Assembly: GCA_964543545.1 (NCBI GenBank)
Contig: CAZIYT010000007.1
Span: 20,023-84,022 of the forward strand
DNA: 64,000 nucleotides
Source of the DNA: an uncultured Flavobacterium sp.
GTDB taxonomy: Bacteria; Bacteroidota; Bacteroidia; B-17B0; Aurantibacillaceae
Direction of reading: 5' to 3'
A model generated the notes under the pieces. That model saw only the letters and a program-made list of their open reading frames with translations, was not told the origin of the DNA and did not search any database. The stretch's first letter is position 1, and each line of letters begins with the position of its first letter. Made by a program: the position numbers and the translations under genes. Below are positions 9,011 through 19,373 of this stretch, one piece after another.

Positions 9011-12000
9011 TGTTCTTGCCGGCCTTATACCTTAAGCGGCCCCTGTAGTAAAACTCCTCGCAAACGGCTTTGATGCTTTCGTCGATGCTTTTTCCAATCT
9101 CAGGAACGTAATTATTTTCCAGGACATCGATGTTCGTGGTAATGGTGGCAGATGTCGGGACAAAGGCACAGGCCAGCGTTTTTTGCTTGCTTTCCTGGTT
9201 GATGCGCTCAAAGAAATAGATATCGCCTTTTTCGTTCTTGTTCTTCACTGCTTCCTTCCTCACGAATACCACGCTGTCAGGCCTTGCTTTCTCCTTCAGC
9301 GAAGAGTTGTTGTCGGAGTAATTGTAATCGTACAGCTCGATTTCCGCTTCGACTTTCGTTTTGCAAAAAGCCTCCTGCGACAAATTGCTCTTATCGAATT
9401 TGTCGGTCATTTTCAGCGCGCTCAATTCATTATACACTTTCAGCCTGGTTTTCGGATTGTTGCTGAAAAATTTCCAAAGCGTATCGTTTACAGGGATTTT
9501 ATTCCTGGTAGCGATTACCGTAATGTTGAGCAGGTTGCGCTCGTTCTTGATCCGGAACAATTTATCAAACCAGGCTTTCACACCGGGGTTGGAGGCATAG
9601 TAGGGCGCAAGCACCACCGCATAATTCTCGATCATGGTGCTGTAGCTGGGGTATGTTTTTTTAGTGGACTTTGTGCTCACGGTGCTGTTCGCCCCGTCTT
9701 TATCGGCATACATGGCCGCGAGCTCTTCCGCCATCTGCATCGCCGCCGATTCGTCATCTTCGCTATAAGAGGCTTTGCCCGATTTGGAAGAAGAGGTATT
9801 GTAACGTTTGAGCTCATTGGAAGCGTCGGTCAGCAATACAGGCACCTTAGCGGTGTATTTAGCCGATGGGATCAGGTCCCGGATCACCATATCCGAAAAC
9901 AGCGTAAACACCGGGTTGCGGTACTCTTCGAAAGTAGAGAGCGAAAGCAGGTCCGGGAAAAAGCCAGTGCAGAGCTCCAGTGAATCGTAGAGCGGAGCGA
10001 GCACATCGGTTACCGTGCTTTGATCGCCGGTAAGCGGTGTTTTATTTTTCAAAAGGTCGAGGATCGTCGCATAGCTGTTCTTTGTTTTCAGGTAAGCCAG
10101 GCCTTTGATGATGCATACCTGCATGTAGCTGCTGTCTTCATAATGGTCGTACAGCTTTTTGTAAACCGGGATCACGCTTTCATTCTTGAAGGTTCCGGCG
10201 TTGATCAGCAGCACCGCCCGCGACTCTTCACTGATCTTTAAAAATTCGGGACTCCCCAGGTAGGCGATCACATCTTTAGCCGCCACAGGGTCCATGTAAT
10301 TGTTGTAAAGCGATTGGGTTGCTGCATATTTGACGGAGCTGTCGGCAGAGCTGAGGTTCTTCAGCATGAGCGCTGTCTTATTGATGTAGATCGACTTTGT
10401 AAAAGCGCTGTCGCTTGGCCTGAAGGTTTCAAAAAATCCTGCCGCCCAGCCGGTCAGGCCATTTATGGTATCGCCTACTGCCGAAATGTTGTAGAGCAAA
10501 CCATCTTTGAGGTAGAACTTTTGACGGATCATGGAAGAGCAAGCCGTATCTTTCAGGATCAGCTCCATGGTTTCGCAGGAATTTTCCTTCCCGAGTGTTG
10601 TTTTGCTCACAATGAAGCCGCGTGTCACATTCTTCTTCACGTCGCCCCAGAACTCAGCCGGGTTGCGGTAGTCATAGTCGTTGAATTTCTCATACTCCAC
10701 GCGCACGCGCTCGCCGGAGGAAGGCGAATAATAACTTTTCGATTTGGAATTGTAATCGAAATCGGTGCTGTAGTTTTTCTTGTCACGCTCTTTTTGCTGC
10801 TCTTCATAAAAAACGGCCATCGCTTCCTCCAGGTAATTTTTGTCCTCCGGGGTCAGCTCGTCCCTGACGCTAAAGGCATAGTCCTTATCGGTAATCACCT
10901 TGATCTCATTGAGGTATTTGAAATCCGTAAGCTTAAAGGAGGAGAAGAAACCGGCAGGGTAGGCGGCAGTGCTGTTGGCAATAGCATACACCAGGTAATA
11001 ATGCACGCCTTTGATGAAGACCTTGCCGTAAAAGGTTTTGCCGATGGCCGTATTCTCGCCCGAAAAGCGGATGCAGGAATAATTCTGCTCACGTGTCAGC
11101 TCCTGTTTGGTGTTGGTGCTGAAATTAAAATTTTTGAGCGCGTTCTTGCTCAGCATGTTCAACTCGAAGGTATCTTCCTCCAGGTAATCGAAGTCGTTAT
11201 AATAGTAGTGGATCACCCCGTTTGTGGTTTGCTCTTTTTGATCATAGGAGAACCAGGTTTCCGCCAGGCCTTGTGTGCCGGAGCGCTTGGAGTAAAGGTA
11301 TTTTGAGGACTGGTTGGCATTCACCGAGAAGCCTCCCGTTGGCGGAGAATAAGTATATTTTTCCGCCTGTTTTTTAGGAACAAATTTAATGGAGCTGAAA
11401 AAACGGTTGCCTTCGCTGCCTTTCACGTAATCGCCTTTGCCGCTCATTTTAATCACGAGCACCTCATTTTCCGGGAAAAAGATCATGGCGCGCTGGTAGT
11501 CGCCGCGCTTGGTGCGGTTCATAATATCCAGGCCTTTTACGCCGGTGTTTGAGGTAATCTCTTTTTTGGAAATGATTTTTCCCGGAATATATTCATACAG
11601 CAGGCTGTCGATCTTGGCCATCATCGTTGTTTCATTGCCGTTGTAGAGTGAGGCATAGGTCAGCTGGCGTGAGATCACATAATAGGAGCCGTTCGTCATA
11701 TCGGTCGCCAGGTCGAAAGAGAGGCCACCGATCGTTGCGAGGTTCACAGGAGCTTCAAAGAGCTCGTAGGTAAACAGGGAATCTTTGGAGTACTGTAAGG
11801 AGAAGGGATTTTTCTTCTGGATCTCTTCGATGGCTTCTTTTTGTTTTGCGCCTTTCTTGGTAATGGTATTGGCTACCGGCCTCAGCTTGTAGCCCATGGC
11901 GCGGAGCAGCTCGATCACGCCGGTTTTTCCCGGTAAGTGCGCGGCACCAATGCCCGAAAAGAGGCTCCCCGTTTTGCAGATCGAATCGATGTTATGCGCC

Positions 12001-12740
12001 ATGATGATGTTGCGGTCATCGATGAGGTATTTTTTGGTGTTCTGGTATTTGTAGGTCAGCTGTGTCAGGCTATCCAGGGCGTCGAGGTCGCCGCTTTTGT
12101 AGGATTCCTTGATCTCGTTCTGCACTTTGAAATAATCGACTTTGGAGCGCGATGGATTGTAGGTGTAGTTGACATCTGCCGCGCTGGCCTTGGAAGCCAT
12201 AATGAGGGAATTATTGAAATCTTCCAGGCTCACGATCTTTTTGCCCAGCCTCGAGCCCGCTTTGTAAATGAACAGGTCCACGTAGGTATCTTCCTCATGC
12301 TCGCTGCCCCTTACGCTGTTGCGGTACAGGAGGTTGTTGATGATATCCGGATCGTTGTTGAGCATTTCACCGTACTGCCTGTTGGCAGGGATCTGCGGTT
12401 TGAACGCATCGCCATAAAAATCGGAATTGAAGCCCAGGTTCACATTGCTGAGCTTCTCAAGCAGGCCCGACTGCTTCATGTTCTTCAGCCACTGGTCGGG
12501 GTTCGATTCGAGGCCTACTGTATTCACGCTGTTTACCGCTACAAAAAAAGAATCCGATAAATGAAAGGCCAGCTTGCTGCTCACATGCATGGTGCCATAC
12601 AGGTAAGAAGGCTTGCTCAGCCCGTTACCCGTAATTTCCCATAAGAGGCTTGGGTATTTTTTCTGGGAGAAAAGAGACGTGCACAACAACAGGCAAAGCA
12701 GGAAAATACCCGTGAACCTGGGTTTAGGGAAAAGCATCAT
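8970..12740 (-). CDS. TraB/GumN-family N-terminal domain fused to a large uncharacterised C-terminal region
   Basis: SLLWEITGNGLSKPSYLYGTMHVSSKLAFHLSDSFF resembles the TraB/GumN signature. ATG at 12740 (MMLFPKPRF... signal) is preferred over the TTG at 12761. Confidence 0.6.
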   Translation of the reverse strand: MMLFPKPRFTGIFLLCLLLCTSLFSQKKYPSLLWEITGNGLSKPSYLYGTMHVSSKLAFHLSDSFFVAVNSVNTVGLESNPDQWLKNMKQSGLLEKLSNVNLGFNSDFYGDAFKPQIPANRQYGEMLNNDPDIINNLLYRNSVRGSEHEEDTYVDLFIYKAGSRLGKKIVSLEDFNNSLIMASKASAADVNYTYNPSRSKVDYFKVQNEIKESYKSGDLDALDSLTQLTYKYQNTKKYLIDDRNIIMAHNIDSICKTGSLFSGIGAAHLPGKTGVIELLRAMGYKLRPVANTITKKGAKQKEAIEEIQKKNPFSLQYSKDSLFTYELFEAPVNLATIGGLSFDLATDMTNGSYYVISRQLTYASLYNGNETTMMAKIDSLLYEYIPGKIISKKEITSNTGVKGLDIMNRTKRGDYQRAMIFFPENEVLVIKMSGKGDYVKGSEGNRFFSSIKFVPKKQAEKYTYSPPTGGFSVNANQSSKYLYSKRSGTQGLAETWFSYDQKEQTTNGVIHYYYNDFDYLEEDTFELNMLSKNALKNFNFSTNTKQELTREQNYSCIRFSGENTAIGKTFYGKVFIKGVHYYLVYAIANSTAAYPAGFFSSFKLTDFKYLNEIKVITDKDYAFSVRDELTPEDKNYLEEAMAVFYEEQQKERDKKNYSTDFDYNSKSKSYYSPSSGERVRVEYEKFNDYDYRNPAEFWGDVKKNVTRGFIVSKTTLGKENSCETMELILKDTACSSMIRQKFYLKDGLLYNISAVGDTINGLTGWAAGFFETFRPSDSAFTKSIYINKTALMLKNLSSADSSVKYAATQSLYNNYMDPVAAKDVIAYLGSPEFLKISEESRAVLLINAGTFKNESVIPVYKKLYDHYEDSSYMQVCIIKGLAYLKTKNSYATILDLLKNKTPLTGDQSTVTDVLAPLYDSLELCTGFFPDLLSLSTFEEYRNPVFTLFSDMVIRDLIPSAKYTAKVPVLLTDASNELKRYNTSSSKSGKASYSEDDESAAMQMAEELAAMYADKDGANSTVSTKSTKKTYPSYSTMIENYAVVLAPYYASNPGVKAWFDKLFRIKNERNLLNITVIATRNKIPVNDTLWKFFSNNPKTRLKVYNELSALKMTDKFDKSNLSQEAFCKTKVEAEIELYDYNYSDNNSSLKEKARPDSVVFVRKEAVKNKNEKGDIYFFERINQESKQKTLACAFVPTSATITTNIDVLENNYVPEIGKSIDESIKAVCEEFYYRGRLRYKAGKNTDLSFLNNYNLED

Positions 12741-12846
12741 AAGGGAGGATTTTAAAATCAATATATCAGGAAATAAAGGATATTAAGGTAAATATTATTT
12801 TAAGAATACAGGTCCTTTCCCGTCGAAATTAACAGGCCAAAAAATC

Positions 12847-13626
12847 CTAATCCTCCTTAAAATCCCAGCTGATTATTCTTGAAACAACTCTTTGGTTCAA
12901 AAGATGCAAGGTAGCAAGCTCTTCAGGTTTTTTTGCTTTTTTCAGTAGGTCATCGGAAACCATTAGTCTCTGGATGCCGAAACCTCTCACCAGGATACGT
13001 TTACCATTAATCCCCTTATTGATCAATAGTTGCCGTACATACTCCGCGCGTTGTAAAGATAAAGCTTCCGGATTTTTTTCGATAGAAGATGCGTGGCCCT
13101 GCAGCTCGATAACCATTTCCGGGTCATCTTTCATAACATAAAAAAAGTCCGTGATCATATTTCCCAAACTTTTAAATTCCACGGAATCGATATCGTGTAA
13201 TGAATCATTACAGCTCGCAGTGGAATTAAACGTGAATCTTAGATATATAAAAGCTTCACAGGCTATAATGTCCGTTAGTTCGAAATTTTTCTCGTAAGTA
13301 TTGCCTGGCTTTAATTCGAAAATAGCCTGATCTTTTGAAGCCACAAAACCCAGGTTGCGATTTTTTCCGGAAGTAGTATGCTTATCCGACGCGATGGTTA
13401 GTGTGCCCGATAAAGAGCTTTCCGTATAAAAATAAAATCTATAGGTGCCAGTACTGTCGGTCTTGTACTCGTAACGGGATCCTTGTGATGATACCAGATG
13501 CACCAACGCATTCTTTATGGCTTTGGATTTTGTATTGGTAACGATGCCATTGATCAGGATCGAATCTTTCTGCGAAAAAGCAATCAGCTGAATGAAAAGA
13601 AAAACGATCAGAAGATTCAGCTTCAT
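12847..13626 (-). CDS. OmpA-family protein with N-terminal carboxypeptidase-regulatory-like domain
   Basis: INGIVTNTKSKAIKNALVHLVS...TDSTGTYRFYF (CarboxypepD_reg-like). C-terminal ELQGHASSIEKNPEALSLQRAEYVRQLLINKGI (OmpA-like). Confidence 0.7.
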   Translation of the reverse strand: MKLNLLIVFLFIQLIAFSQKDSILINGIVTNTKSKAIKNALVHLVSSQGSRYEYKTDSTGTYRFYFYTESSLSGTLTIASDKHTTSGKNRNLGFVASKDQAIFELKPGNTYEKNFELTDIIACEAFIYLRFTFNSTASCNDSLHDIDSVEFKSLGNMITDFFYVMKDDPEMVIELQGHASSIEKNPEALSLQRAEYVRQLLINKGINGKRILVRGFGIQRLMVSDDLLKKAKKPEELATLHLLNQRVVSRIISWDFKED

Positions 13627-13635
13627 CCAAAAAAG

Positions 13636-14595
13636 TTAGACCTTACTAAAAAGGCTGTCCACAAATTCCGTGCGGTTGAATACCTGCAGGTCTTCCATTT
13701 TTTCACCCACGCCGATATATTTCACGGGGATCTTAAACTCATCCGAAATGCCAATCACCACGCCGCCTTTGGCTGTTCCGTCCAGCTTGGTCAGGGCAAG
13801 CGCGCTCACATCGGTAGCGGCGGTAAACTGCCTGCACTGCTCCACGGCATTTTGCCCGGTGCTGGCATCGAGCACCAGGAGCACATCATGTGGCGCATCA
13901 GGGATCACCTTTTTCATCACATTCTTGATCTTGGTAAGCTCGTTCATCAGGTTGATCTTGTTATGCAAACGGCCGGCGGTATCAATGATCACCACATCGG
14001 CGCCTTTGGCCTTGGCACTGCTCAGCGTATCGAAGGCCACACTGGCCGGATCGGCATTCATGCCCTGGGAAACAATATCTACTCCTACACGCTGGCTCCA
14101 GATGGTGAGTTGCTCTACGGCAGCCGCCCGGAAGGTATCTGCCGCGCCCAGCATCACGCTGTAGCCCGCTTTTTTGAACTGGTGGGCCAGTTTACCGATC
14201 GTGGTGGTTTTGCCAACGCCGTTGACACCCACAACCATGATCACATAAGGCTTTTTATCGGCGGGCAGCTCAAAGGCCGTGGCATCCACCGAGTTATTTT
14301 CCATGAGCAGGCCGGCTACTTCTTCTTTCAGCACGCTGTTGAGCTCGCCGGTGCCTACGTATTTATCGCGGGCCACGCGTTCCTCAATACGTTTAATGAT
14401 CTTTAAGGTGGTATTGACGCCCACATCGCCGGAGATCAGGACTTCTTCCAGGTTGTCGAGCACATCGGCGTCTACCGTCGATTTTCCCGCTACTGCTTTG
14501 GCCAGTTTTCCGAAAAAGCTCTCTTTGGTTTTAGATAAGCCCTCATTTAAGCTTTCCTTTTCTTCTTTTCCGAATAATTTACTGAAAAATCCCAT
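13636..14595 (-). CDS. ftsY: Signal recognition particle receptor FtsY
   Basis: VIMVVGVNGVGKTTTIGKLA, DTAGRLHNK and LTKLDGTAKGG SRP-GTPase motifs. Start at MGFFSKLFGK (14595), with a TACATTTG -7 box 29 nt upstream. Confidence 0.95.
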   Translation of the reverse strand: MGFFSKLFGKEEKESLNEGLSKTKESFFGKLAKAVAGKSTVDADVLDNLEEVLISGDVGVNTTLKIIKRIEERVARDKYVGTGELNSVLKEEVAGLLMENNSVDATAFELPADKKPYVIMVVGVNGVGKTTTIGKLAHQFKKAGYSVMLGAADTFRAAAVEQLTIWSQRVGVDIVSQGMNADPASVAFDTLSSAKAKGADVVIIDTAGRLHNKINLMNELTKIKNVMKKVIPDAPHDVLLVLDASTGQNAVEQCRQFTAATDVSALALTKLDGTAKGGVVIGISDEFKIPVKYIGVGEKMEDLQVFNRTEFVDSLFSKV

Positions 14596-14781
14596 AATTG
14601 TGAATACGTCCTGTTTAGTGGCTACAAATGTATTAATTATATATTTAAAACCACATAGGCACATAGAGACATAGAAGGCAAAAGAGGCACAATATGATTA
14701 ATGATGGGGATGGATTGGCAATCGTATCCTTATTCTCTATATGTTCTCTGTGACTATGTGGTTACAAAGCGATTGTGGCAT

Positions 14782-14817
14782 AAAACAAAAAAGCTCCCTC
14801 GTTGCTGAGGAAGCTTT
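14782..14817 (-). terminator. Terminator of the rpmB-rpmG-DUF4295 operon
   Basis: AAGCTTCCTC/GAGGGAGCTT stem with one mismatch, T-rich tail on the minus strand. Confidence 0.6.
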
Positions 14818-14839
14818 TTAATACTTATCTGTGCTGAAA

Positions 14840-14992
14840 TTATTTTTTCAGAAAATCTGCTACTAATTCGTTTTGCACGATCTCTTCCCTGAAAGCGTAA
14901 GCTCCTGTTTTAGGGGATTTGATCACTTTGATCACTTTAGTAAAGCTGTTTCCTTTACCGGTCTTGAGTGTTGCAACTACCTTCTTTGCCAT
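14840..14992 (-). CDS. DUF4295-family small protein (50 aa), last gene of the rpmB-rpmG operon
   Basis: Hand-translated MAKKVVATLKTGKGNSFTKVIKVIKSPKTGAYAFREEIVQNELVADFLKK. Too short for the ORF track. Position after rpmG is typical in Bacteroidota. Confidence 0.8.
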   Translation of the reverse strand: MAKKVVATLKTGKGNSFTKVIKVIKSPKTGAYAFREEIVQNELVADFLKK

Positions 14993-15012
14993 TGTATTGT
15001 CGTTTTAAAGGA

Positions 15013-15195
15013 TTATTTAATTTCTTTATGCTCCGTCATTTTTTTCAAAATCGGGTTGTATTTTTTCAATACAATACGGTCAGGCGTATTTTTCTTGTTC
15101 TTAGTAGTAATGTATCGGGAAGTTCCCGGTTTACCGCTGTCTTTGTGCTCTGTGCACTCTAAAATTACCTGGATTCTATTACCTTTCTTAGCCAT
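15013..15195 (-). CDS. rpmG: 50S ribosomal protein L33
   Basis: [60 protein letters not shown]. Confidence 0.95.
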   Translation of the reverse strand: MAKKGNRIQVILECTEHKDSGKPGTSRYITTKNKKNTPDRIVLKKYNPILKKMTEHKEIK

Positions 15196-15215
15196 TTTCT
15201 ATGATATTTATGGAA

Positions 15216-15452
15216 TTAAGCTAAAATTCCGCCTTCTACGGCATCCTTTAAGCAAGCAAAAATTCCTTTTTTGTTAATGTTTTTAATTGCAGAAGTTGAT
15301 ACGCGAAGTACCACCCATTCTCCTGTTTCAGGAACGAAAAACTTTTTAGTTTTCAAATTTACTTTGAACTGGCGACGGGTTTTCCTGTTAGAGAAAGAAA
15401 CGTGGTTTCCTTTCATCGCTTTTTTTCCTGTTAATTGACAAATACGTGACAT
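15216..15452 (-). CDS. rpmB: 50S ribosomal protein L28
   Basis: MSRICQLTGKKAMKGNHVSFSNRKTRRQFKVNLKTKKFFVPETGEWV... Confidence 0.95.
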   Translation of the reverse strand: MSRICQLTGKKAMKGNHVSFSNRKTRRQFKVNLKTKKFFVPETGEWVVLRVSTSAIKNINKKGIFACLKDAVEGGILA

Positions 15453-15562
15453 GTTATTTATATTCTTAAAATGTGTTTCCCCTCAAAAAGGGACGCAAAT
15501 ATACTATCTTTTTTTAATCCTACAAAAAATCCTGCCCTTTTTTCTTAAATAATATCTGTACC

Positions 15563-15607
15563 GGTTAAAATAAAACAGGTTTTTGCAGTATTACCGCAAA
15601 AACCTGT
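15563..15607 (-). terminator. Terminator after the DEAD-box helicase gene
   Basis: 12-bp stem ACAGGTTTTTGC/GCAAAAACCTGT with a T-rich tail on the minus strand. Confidence 0.75.
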
Positions 15608-15624
15608 CTCAAAAACGACCTTAT

Positions 15625-17466
15625 TTATTTAGAAAAACGGCTTTTACGTTCTCCGCCTTCCCTCGATCCGCCACCATAAGACTTGCGCTCGCCACCCTCA
15701 CGGCTTCCACCGTAAGTTTTGCGCTCGCCGTATGTCTTACGCTCGCCACCGAATGATGATTTGCGGTCGCCGCCTTCACGGTTTCCACCGAAAGACCTGC
15801 GCTCTCCACCGCCAAACGATTTACGCTGGCCATCTTCGCGCGATCCGCCACCGAAAGAGCGTTTCTCACCGTATCCGCCGCTTTTAGCCTTCGATACCTC
15901 AAAGGATACCGGGCGTGCGTTGAATTCGATTCCTGCCTGATTCAGCTTTAAGAAATCATCCATGTGCTTGTTCTCCGTTTCAAAGAACGAGAAGCTGTTT
16001 TTCACATCGATGTTGAAGATCATGCGTGGGTGTACGCTGGAAATTTCGGTTAAGAAATCCTTAATGGAGTTGCGGTTAAATCCGTCGAGCTGGCCCATGT
16101 TCACAAAGAAACGGGTTGTTTTTCCGTTCGGAGCACCGTCGCCACCGGAGTTAAGATCCTGTGAATTCTGGTAGTACGTATAGAAACGGTTGAATTCCTC
16201 GGAAACAAAACGCTTGATCAGCTCTTCCTTGTCCAGGTCTTTCAATTCGTCATAAATTTTTGGAAGGTATTTCTCGATCTCATCATCTTTCACTTCTACA
16301 TTATGCAGCTTATGTACTAAGTGGAAGAGTTGTTTCTCACACACGTCAACGCCTGTAGGCACATCCGCTTTGGTGAATTTACTTTGAATGATGCGTTCGA
16401 TCTCTTTAATTTTGAAGCTCTCCTTAGGAGTGACGATCGCAATAGCAATACCCGATTTACCGGCGCGGGCAGTACGTCCGCTACGGTGCGTGTAGTTCTC
16501 GGCATCTTCAGGCAGGTTGTAGTTGATCACGTGTGTCACGTTATTCACGTCGATACCGCGGGCCGCTACGTCAGTAGCTACCAGCATCTGTAAAGTACGG
16601 CTACGGAAACGCTTCATCACTAAATCACGCTGTGCCTGGGAAAGGTCACCGTGTAAAGCATCGGCATTATAACCGTCTTTAATTAATTGATCGGCCACAT
16701 CCTGTGTTTCCGCTTTGGTACGGCAGAACACGATACCGAAAATATCCGGGTAAAAATCGGCAATACGCTTCAGGGCCGCATAACGGTCGCGTTGCTGTAC
16801 CTGGTAATAGATGTGCTCGATGTTTTCGTTACCTGAGTTTTTCTTACCTACAGAGATCGACAAAGGATTCTCCATGTATTTGCTGGCAATACGCTCAACT
16901 TCACGTGGCATGGTCGCTGAGAATAACCAGGTATTTTTGGTAGGAGGCGTGTTGCTCAGAATTTCATCCAGGTCATCCTTAAAGCCCATGTTCAGCATTT
17001 CATCCGCTTCATCCAGCACAACGATATCTACATGAGATAAGTCGATGGCTTTTCTTTCGATCATATCGATCAAACGGCCCGGAGTTGCTACGATAACCTG
17101 GGAACCTGCTTTTACATCGCGGATCTGGCCCATGATAGGCGCGCCACCGTATACGGCAGTTACTCTTAAGCCGCTGATGTATTTTGAATAATTGATTAAG
17201 TCTTTGCTGATTTGCACACACAGCTCACGCGTTGGTGCTAAAATTAAAGACTGTGTGAATTTAGAGTTTAAGTCTAATTTTTGTAATAGAGGCAGGCCAA
17301 ATGCTGCCGTTTTTCCTGTTCCTGTTTGTGCTAAAGCTACCATGTCGGTAGATTTGTCTTGCAACTGAGGAATAGTTTGTTCTTGAATGGGCGTAGGATT
17401 TTCGAAGCCCATTTCAGTTACGGCCTTAAGGAGCATTGGCTCCAAGCCTAAGTCTTGAAATGTCAT
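15625..17466 (-). CDS. deaD: DEAD-box ATP-dependent RNA helicase with DbpA-like RNA-binding domain and RGG-type low-complexity tail
   Basis: AQTGTGKT, DEAD, SAT and HRSGRTARAG motifs. The C-terminal ~90 aa are G/R/E/K/S repeats. Confidence 0.93.
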   Translation of the reverse strand: MTFQDLGLEPMLLKAVTEMGFENPTPIQEQTIPQLQDKSTDMVALAQTGTGKTAAFGLPLLQKLDLNSKFTQSLILAPTRELCVQISKDLINYSKYISGLRVTAVYGGAPIMGQIRDVKAGSQVIVATPGRLIDMIERKAIDLSHVDIVVLDEADEMLNMGFKDDLDEILSNTPPTKNTWLFSATMPREVERIASKYMENPLSISVGKKNSGNENIEHIYYQVQQRDRYAALKRIADFYPDIFGIVFCRTKAETQDVADQLIKDGYNADALHGDLSQAQRDLVMKRFRSRTLQMLVATDVAARGIDVNNVTHVINYNLPEDAENYTHRSGRTARAGKSGIAIAIVTPKESFKIKEIERIIQSKFTKADVPTGVDVCEKQLFHLVHKLHNVEVKDDEIEKYLPKIYDELKDLDKEELIKRFVSEEFNRFYTYYQNSQDLNSGGDGAPNGKTTRFFVNMGQLDGFNRNSIKDFLTEISSVHPRMIFNIDVKNSFSFFETENKHMDDFLKLNQAGIEFNARPVSFEVSKAKSGGYGEKRSFGGGSREDGQRKSFGGGERRSFGGNREGGDRKSSFGGERKTYGERKTYGGSREGGERKSYGGGSREGGERKSRFSK

Positions 17467-17805
17467 TTGTTTAAATTAAATTGTTTATACTAGCTGCTAA
17501 ATGAGATTTAATTTCCGCAGTAGCTGTAACCATTTGATAGCCCGACGTAGGCGCGATTACAATGTGATTGGATGCAAATATTAAATCTAATTGCGGCGCA
17601 AAGGTACAACTATTTTCCTGAATAACAAATTATTAACAGAATTTGATGGTTTTGAACAATTCCGGTTCCGGCTCGTTGTATGAGGAGTTCAGTGTTTACA
17701 GGGCTTTCAGGGAAACAGCCGCGCATTTGTTAATTTAAAAGCCGCCAAATCGGGAAATTAAGCGTAGCTTTAAATACCGTCAGGAAACATAAAAGCGGGC
17801 TAGGG

Positions 17806-18120
17806 ATGCAGGACGGGGACAATTATACAAAGAATAAGATTGTTGAAATGATGTTCGGCGAATGGATGCTGAAAAGTGACGGAATGAACATTTCCATTAA
17901 GATTAACAACCGCAAACTTCTGATCACTAAAACAAAAAAAGGACTGGCTTCCATTGATGAGATTTCTACGGCTGCCAGGTGGGAAAGCAATCAGTTGCTG
18001 TTTCTCGAAAAGTCGGTTTATTATGTGACCTATGCCGATGAGTTTGAGCTCATTTTTGGCGAACGGAATGCCGCCCCTGGCAAAGGAACCGCCTGGGAAA
18101 AGAAATTTGAGAGAGTCTAG
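17806..18120 (+). CDS. Hypothetical protein
   Basis: 104-aa ORF with ordinary composition. No recognisable motif. Confidence 0.4.
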   Translation: MQDGDNYTKNKIVEMMFGEWMLKSDGMNISIKINNRKLLITKTKKGLASIDEISTAARWESNQLLFLEKSVYYVTYADEFELIFGERNAAPGKGTAWEKKFERV

Positions 18121-18165
18121 CCGCAGCTGTAGTGCTGATGCATTTTGTACATTTAATTAATCCCT

Positions 18166-18585
18166 ATGACCATTTATTACCCGGCATATTTATTACTTCA
18201 GAAAATCAATAGCGAGCAGCTTCGCACCCTTAAAAACTTCACGGTGTATAAGGCCAATGAGTGGGAAGATGAGTTTGGAAAAAAGATCCCGAGCAGCGTG
18301 GTTTTTGAAGCCATCGCTTTTCTGGAGCGGAAAAAACTGGTGAATGTCACCAGCTTCCGCGAATGCAGCACCTGCAGCATGACAGAGGAAGGGAAGCAGG
18401 CCTGTAAGAAATTTGAAAGCTCGGAAGAGTATAAGATCTGCCGCAAAAATGAAAAAAGCGGCAGCCTTGCCCTGCATGAAAGCAACATGCAGCACTTCTT
18501 CGATCAGAAGAACAGGGAACAGTACCAGGAGAAGCAGCGGATGAAGCTGATGAAAGCCTGTTCCGACTTTTTCGGGGTTTTATAA
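18166..18585 (+). CDS. Hypothetical protein
   Basis: 139-aa ORF. The antisense ORFs over it look like shadows. No recognisable motif. Confidence 0.4.
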   Translation: MTIYYPAYLLLQKINSEQLRTLKNFTVYKANEWEDEFGKKIPSSVVFEAIAFLERKKLVNVTSFRECSTCSMTEEGKQACKKFESSEEYKICRKNEKSGSLALHESNMQHFFDQKNREQYQEKQRMKLMKACSDFFGVL

Positions 18586-18593
18586 AAAAACGT

Positions 18594-19223
18594 TTAGAGT
18601 TTCAGCGATTGTGTAATAGAGATCACGCTGCTGATGATGAGCTGAATGCCAATCGACAGAACGATAAAGCCCATGATCTTCGACATGGCCTTTAAGCCCG
18701 CCTGCCCCATGTAATGCAGTATTTTCGGGGCGAGGAGGAAGATCATCAGGATACTAAGGCTTACCAGTAAAATCGAAAGGATCACATAAGCCGAATGGCT
18801 GAGCTGATGATCGGTTTGGATCGACAGGTTAATCAAAAACGAAATGGAGCCGGGGCCCGAGAGCAAAGGCATAGCCAGCGGGGTAAAGGAGATATCCTCC
18901 TTGTGCAGGGATTCCTCCTGGATCTTCCGGCCGATGTCCTTTTTGTGTGTCGCATTTAAGAGCTGAAAGCCCGAGCGGGCAATGATAATGCCTCCCGCAA
19001 TTTTCAAAGCGTTGATCGAGATGCCGAAGAATTCCAGGACATAATTCCCGATAAGAAAAGATACGATGCAGATGACAAACACATTTAAGCTTGTTTTGAA
19101 GATCTGCTTCTTTACCCAATTGGCCGGATGCTGAGCCGTGAGCGATAGAAACACCGGGATGCCGCCAAGGGGATTAATCAACGATAAAAGGGAAATGTAA
19201 TTGCTGAGAAGAAAAGAAAACAT
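18594..19223 (-). CDS. MarC-family (UPF0056) integral membrane protein
   Basis: MFSFLLSNYISLLSLINPLGGIPVFLSLT... and multiple TM segments. Start at 19223, with a TATTTTTG -7 box 20 nt upstream. Confidence 0.8.
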   Translation of the reverse strand: MFSFLLSNYISLLSLINPLGGIPVFLSLTAQHPANWVKKQIFKTSLNVFVICIVSFLIGNYVLEFFGISINALKIAGGIIIARSGFQLLNATHKKDIGRKIQEESLHKEDISFTPLAMPLLSGPGSISFLINLSIQTDHQLSHSAYVILSILLVSLSILMIFLLAPKILHYMGQAGLKAMSKIMGFIVLSIGIQLIISSVISITQSLKL

Positions 19224-19319
19224 GAAGTGAAATAATACGGGCGCAAAAATACAGTAAGGTCTGTAGACCAATATTACCAATGCTTTATGATAGTATTACG
19301 AATAAGGTTCCTGGAATCT

Positions 19320-19340
19320 AAAACGTCACCGTCAGCGAAA
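19320..19340. repeat. 21-bp direct-repeat copy duplicating the 3' end of the DUF5686 gene
   Basis: AAAACGTCACCGTCAGCGAAA is identical to 19641-19661. It is preceded by CTA (TAG stop on the minus strand). Confidence 0.85.
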
Positions 19341-19373
19341 GGGCTTTACTTTGAATAAGAATCGGAGAGGCGG

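Noticed and set aside
9183-11306. 266-aa and 330-aa plus-strand ORFs (and several shorter ones)
   Set aside because: They are antisense shadows inside the 1256-aa TraB/GumN-like gene. They have no motifs and a Val/Arg/His/Phe-rich composition.
13498-14406. 302-aa plus-strand ORF
   Set aside because: It is antisense to ftsY and the OmpA-like gene, both of which have unambiguous motifs.
15621-15940. 93-aa minus-strand and 73-aa plus-strand ORFs
   Set aside because: They are alternative-frame readings of the repetitive RGG-tail coding DNA of the helicase gene.
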